Assembly: GCA_000934665.2 (NCBI GenBank)
Contig: JYFJ02002929.1
Location: 1-51,990 of the forward strand
Direction: 5' to 3'
Origin: Catajapyx aquilonaris
Lineage: Eukaryota
DNA: 51,990 nt
Program-made: the position numbers and the translations under genes
The notes under the pieces: generated by a model
What the model saw: only the letters and a program-made list of their open reading frames with translations
What the model was told of the DNA's origin: nothing
Databases searched by the model: none
Shown: one piece after another, positions 47,016 to 51,990 of the stretch
Layout: the number at the start of each line of letters is the position of its first letter
Position numbering within the stretch: the first letter of the stretch is position 1

Positions 47016-49971
47016 ATGGGTCCGAAGAGGGGCAGCTCGAAGGGTGCAAGGAGCAGGAACAAGGCTGTCCAGACCACTTCCTCTGTCAAGGAGGGACAGC
47101 AGCAGGGCAAGGACATCAGCAGGAGGAGGGACAGGTGGGTCTGGCCCATCACCTGATGGCTGTGCTATTGGTTTTATGTGTTTAACCAGGTCAGCTGTGA
47201 GGCTGATTGTGTATCCCTTTTTTTCTGTTCTTTATAGGGATGCGATGGGTGTGGTAGGGAGCTCCGTCAAATCATGGGCATCGTGCACCCCAAGTGGATT
47301 TACTGCGTTCAGAACGCTGCTGACTGTACGCCTGGTGTCAGCCCTGTGGAACAATGTTTCTGATTGTGATGAGACCTACAACTACTGGGAGCCAGTGAGT
47401 GAGTGTGGAGACATGCCAGAATTCTCGGACAGTCATAGTGATGTAATCTTCTCTTCTTTCTTTATTCTCTCTTTTTGAGTAGACACATTTTCTTCTGTTT
47501 GGATCTGGATTCCAAACATGGGAATATGCACCCCAGTATGCACTAAGGTCATACGCATACCTGCTCACAATGTGGCTGCCGGCATGGATATACTGGAATT
47601 TGCTCCGCCCTGATAAAGTACTCGTATTCTACATACTGCGGTGTTTGCTTGGATTCTTCTGTGCCCTGTGTGAAGCCTATTTCTATGTGTACGTACAGCT
47701 GTGTCTCATTGTGCTTCTTGCAATGGATTTGGCTGCATCCTTGGAGCAGGTAGTCCTCACATCATTGGGTGGATGTCACTGAAAATCTGGGATGCCAAAT
47801 CCACAGCTGAAGCTTCCTTTGTAACTTCATTCCCATCAGTTGGGGGAATGTCAGTTCATGGGGTGAGGGTTGTGCGAGTGAAGGTGCATTTTGTCATGCC
47901 TTCTAAACCAGGTGGTTGGTTGGTTGGGTGAGCCACTCTGGACAGTACTTTTTATTTTGTTTGATGGGCATTATAGTTTGTACGTTCAGTGAAACCTATG
48001 CATAATTGATTAATCAGAAACATGGTTTTCCAGGCAGAGAGGCTTTTCAATGTATTTTACCATTTTGCAGGGGTGTGTGCAAGGAATTTGGCATCCATGT
48101 GGGCCGACTCACACTGGCCTTCATGGTATTCGGAGCAGGGATGTTCATCTCCAGCACAGCTTACCTGCCATCATCCTTCTCAATGTACATGTGTCTCCTA
48201 TCCATGGGCGCATGGTACCAGCGTAAGGATGAGCTCTCTGTATTTTCCACAGCCCTCTCTGCTATTCTCAGCTGGCCGTTTGCTGGTGCCCTGGGCATCC
48301 CCATTGCCTATGATCTGGTATTCAGACGCCACAGAGCCTCCACATTTCTTGTGTGGTGTGCTGTCTCACTAGCTGCCATCCTGTTGCCTGTGGTGTATGT
48401 GGACTCGCAGGTGTATGGACGGGCTGTGGTCGCACCACTCAACATTGTGCTGTACAACGTCTTCTCTAAGCATGGGCCTGATCTTTACGGGACAGAGCCG
48501 ATCTCTTACTACCTAGTCAATGGCTTTCTCAACTTCAACTTTGTGTTTGTGGCAGCCCTTGTCGTTGGCCCTGTGCTCTACTACGTGCACTGGATGCTGC
48601 CATATGAGAGGAAAGACACCCTCCCGTACTGGCTGTCTCTTCTCCCTTTGTACCTTTGGGTGGGCATATTTTTCTCCCAGCCACATAAAGAAGAACGGTT
48701 CCTGTTCCCAATATACCCACTGTTCTGCGTGGGAGGTGCTCTGACCTTTGACCGCCTGCAGAAGCTGTGGTACCACATGTTTGTTGCCAGGAAAGTGGAG
48801 CACTACCTGAAACCTACCCAGTGGCTGGCAATCGTAGTGGTGGTCATCTGCTCAGCCCTCAGCATCTCCAGGATCCTCGCTCTCTATAAAGGTAAGAGAC
48901 TTTGCATTGAAGACTTTCTAGAGGTGAGAACATAAATTGCTGTGTTGTTGTAAGGCAAGTTTTGATTACATCTTTGATTATTTGTGTTTCTTGCAGGTTA
49001 CCATGCTCCCATTGATGTCTTCATGGAGTTGAACAAGAGAGTGGCAGCTGGGGATCTTCCATCTGACAAGTCTCTTGTACTGTGCTATGGAAAGGAGTGG
49101 TACCGGTTTCCATCCAGATTTTTCCTACCTGATTCCAAGTGAGTTACGTGGATTTTCACCACTAGACCATGGTATTATCCAATTTGCTGTGTGCCACAGT
49201 TGGGACGTCCGCTTCATCCAGTCCGAGTTCAATGGCCAGCTGCCTCGGGCCTATGATGTGGACTCACCTAATGCCACGTCCCTCATACCAGATGATGTGA
49301 ATGACATGAACAAGGAAGAAATGAACAGATACGTTGACGTGAAGAAGTGTCACTTCCTAGTGGATTTGGACTCACCCAACGAGTCAGAGCTGGAGCCCAG
49401 ATATTCAAAAATGACCTCAGACTGGAAGGTTTTTTATTCAGTCCCATTTATGGATGCATCCAAGTGAGTTCATTTTATACTTCTCTCCCATGAGGTGGTG
49501 ATAGGAGTAAGGTTAAGAGGTGCCGTAGTTCATTCTGGCATCCAGAGATGGAGTTGAATTCCTGATTTGATATTTTGTGCCGACTCGTGGTTCATTCGAA
49601 TTTCATCTTGTGGACCTCCATTATGCCATTTTACCATAATTTGGGCTAGCCGAGTTAGCCGGAGTTAAGATCATTTGAGAACTTCAGGATATCAGTTTAT
49701 TGTAAGGATTTGGTAAAAATCTCAACTTTGTGAGCATGAAGTATCCCCATACATCCATGAATTACCTTTCTCTCATTGCATGTTGGTTATTTTAGTGCAA
49801 AGCAGGTGTTCTAGCGCACTAGACTTCTTACATGAGGTCTTGTGTTGCAGGTCTCATCGGATTCTCAGAGCTTTCTACATACCCTGGTTAACGGAGCATC
49901 ATTGCAGTTATGTTGATTACAATTTGTTGATATCTACAAGGGTTAAGCTTAGGAGGAGTGGTGATAGGTGA
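47016..49971 (+). CDS. ALG9: Alpha-1,2-mannosyltransferase ALG9 (GT22), 7 exons, ~609 aa
   Basis: Exons 47016-47134, 47238-47394, 47483-47688, 48071-48891, 48997-49138, 49200-49463 and 49851-49971 sum to 1830 nt in frame. Motifs: SDCDETYNYWEP-THFLLFGSGFQTWEYAPQYALRSYAY, SSTAYLPSSFSMY, GPDLYGTEP, QPHKEERFLFPIYP, GKEWYRFPS, FIQSEFNGQLP, RAFYIPW. The start codon and first exon are the least certain parts. Confidence 0.94.
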
Positions 49972-51990
49972 GATCTTTGGGAGCTTTCTGTGTAAATCAA
50001 AGTGTCAACTTTGGAGACCATGAGATTGTCTGATGGGATTTTTTGAGGGATCTGTGTGTTATTTTTAAAATGGAAGTTTACATTCCTAGTCTGAAATGTT
50101 GCATTTTATGATGACTGTCATTGTGTGTGAGTGTGAATGTGTACTACAGGTACCAGTAATGAAAAAGCAAGTCAGTTTGCAGAACTTTTACTGGAACTCT
50201 TGCATATAAAAATTATAACGACCCAAACTCTCATTTGCATTAAACTCGCACCACACTTCAGCATCCATGTATTTTTTTTCCTTCTACAGTAACAGTGGAG
50301 AGATAGAAATAGAGATAGATAGATAGAGAGGAGAGAGCAACAGGCAACAAATAGTAACAAAGATTTTCTATATCACATTGTTGGCCAGGGTTATTTTTAA
50401 AACTACTTCAAAACAGTGGAACACAGGTGGGGTATTACATTCAACTAAACATGTAATTCTGCGATATATATATTTTTTGGTTTTCTGGTAACACTTTTAT
50501 CAACTTCTAAGCAGTGAAAAATCCAAAGTGTAAAACTCCAGATAAAAAACATTAAAACCCAGGGTATTTTTAATATCAAAGATGGATATTGAAATATTTA
50601 TTTATAAGAATGATTTATATTACAATCAAGTGTTGAAAAACGAATTCTTATGATTATTTTTCGACTGCGAGATAATCTTGCATGTTGGGATATTAGTGGG
50701 AAAAAAAACTCTCGCTTTCTCTGCTCTTTTCTATGCTTCTTGAATATCGGCGTTCTTTTTTTTTTTCTTCTTAAAAAGGCCTACGTTGTATACAACAGAC
50801 CTGAATTGTTATTCTTAAAATCTTAAACGACAATCAGGTGATGATGAAATGTCTTTTTGCACAACCTGAGGAGGGAACCTTTTATTATATATTTTTTTTT
50901 ACAGCGGCTTTTTGGCACTGAGTTGTTAAACCTACATATTAGGCCACTAACAATGGGTCTGGCCAATCTCAAAAACCATGTGGAAAAGAAAGGAACCGAA
51001 AGCAGACAGCAATCAATTCTCTGAATTGATGAAAGAAGGATACCTTTTAGAATTATTGCAATTGGATAATATTGGCCTAGAAGCTGCTTATTTTCAACAA
51101 TGCATAATTGATGAGCATAGGTTGGGCACAGAGAAATTAAAGAATGGTGTCTCCTTGGGTTCCTCTCCTTTTCTCGTTCTTTTTCCATGCATAGGAAAAT
51201 ATGAATTTTTGTGTGTGTAATTCTCAAATTTGGCTTGCAGTATTGATACCTAATGTAAATTATCGTATTGTCAAGAAAAGTCTGTCACTTATCCTCCAAA
51301 GACCATTTCTTTTTGAATTTTTTTTCTTAAAAAACATGGCTTCTACATAACATTACATTGTAATGTGATTCGGTAGAAAGTTTTAGTTTCCCTAAGTTAA
51401 TTGTTAGAAAAATTTGAGGTCTACGGAGGATGTGCAAACAGTACAAAAATCTAAGAAAGCAAGTTAGGTGAAAGATGGCTTATCTGCTAATCTACAGGAG
51501 GAATATCATCTATCCCTAAACCAAGGAGAGGATAACAATTGGCCATCAGATTCCAATGGACGAAATTGAAATAACAATAATAGTCCTTCTTTTTTTTGGT
51601 TGTTTTTGATATTTTTGGAAACTGGAATTTGATAACACAAATGAAAGAGGAAGTAAACCTGTACAAATGCGAGAGTGGAAAGAAAACGTATTCCAGTGAA
51701 AGTTGTCCTTTTTTTCCCCTCTATTAAGTGCTAGAAGGCATCAGCCCTAGTGTTCACTGGTTGTTTTATTTAGAAACAATTAAAAAATGAACTTTGCGCT
51801 TCTCGTCACTAGCGTCTTGGAAAAATTTGTCCAAAATGGCTAAAACTAAGCTCTACAAAATTACTTGTCAGCCTTTTGAAGAAGAGTAACATCAATCGCA
51901 CTGCAAAAAAGTTTTTTTTTCTTACCCACCAAACACGACACCAGTGTTTTTTTTTTGCTTTTTTCAACAGCTTTTTTTTTTTTCTTTTCT

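Noticed and set aside
47211..47220. GTATCCCTTT as a U12-type splice donor in ALG9 intron 1
   Set aside because: It lies only ~27 nt before the acceptor in the polypyrimidine tract and deviates from GTATCCTT. The GT-AG model from 47135 keeps frame.

Overview
Eukaryotic genomic DNA, most likely insect: short 57-80 nt GT-AG introns, a SINE resembling Lm1/Talua, MITEs and microsatellites. No prokaryotic features, CRISPR array or intact RNA gene were found. Four spliced genes were reconstructed by hand, with reading phase checked across every junction: a RERG/RERGL-like small GTPase (minus, 10944-13578), BAP18 (minus, 37131-39546), MFSD1 (plus, 39872-45131, head-to-head with BAP18) and ALG9 (plus, 47016-49971). 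About 23 kb between the GTPase and BAP18 has no recognisable gene. The most notable observations are: (1) MFSD1 has two diverged, phase-compatible copies of the exon for its last transmembrane helix, predicting alternative C-termini; (2) a 97-bp near-perfect palindrome contains two perfect 18-nt tRNA-Lys primer-binding sites; (3) a cluster of GGTCAATG nuclear-receptor-like sites, three of them within a repeated ~50-bp module, lies upstream of the RERG-like gene; (4) that GTPase has degenerate G2/G3 motifs and no CAAX box. Gene identities rest on recalled protein motifs, and no database search was run.
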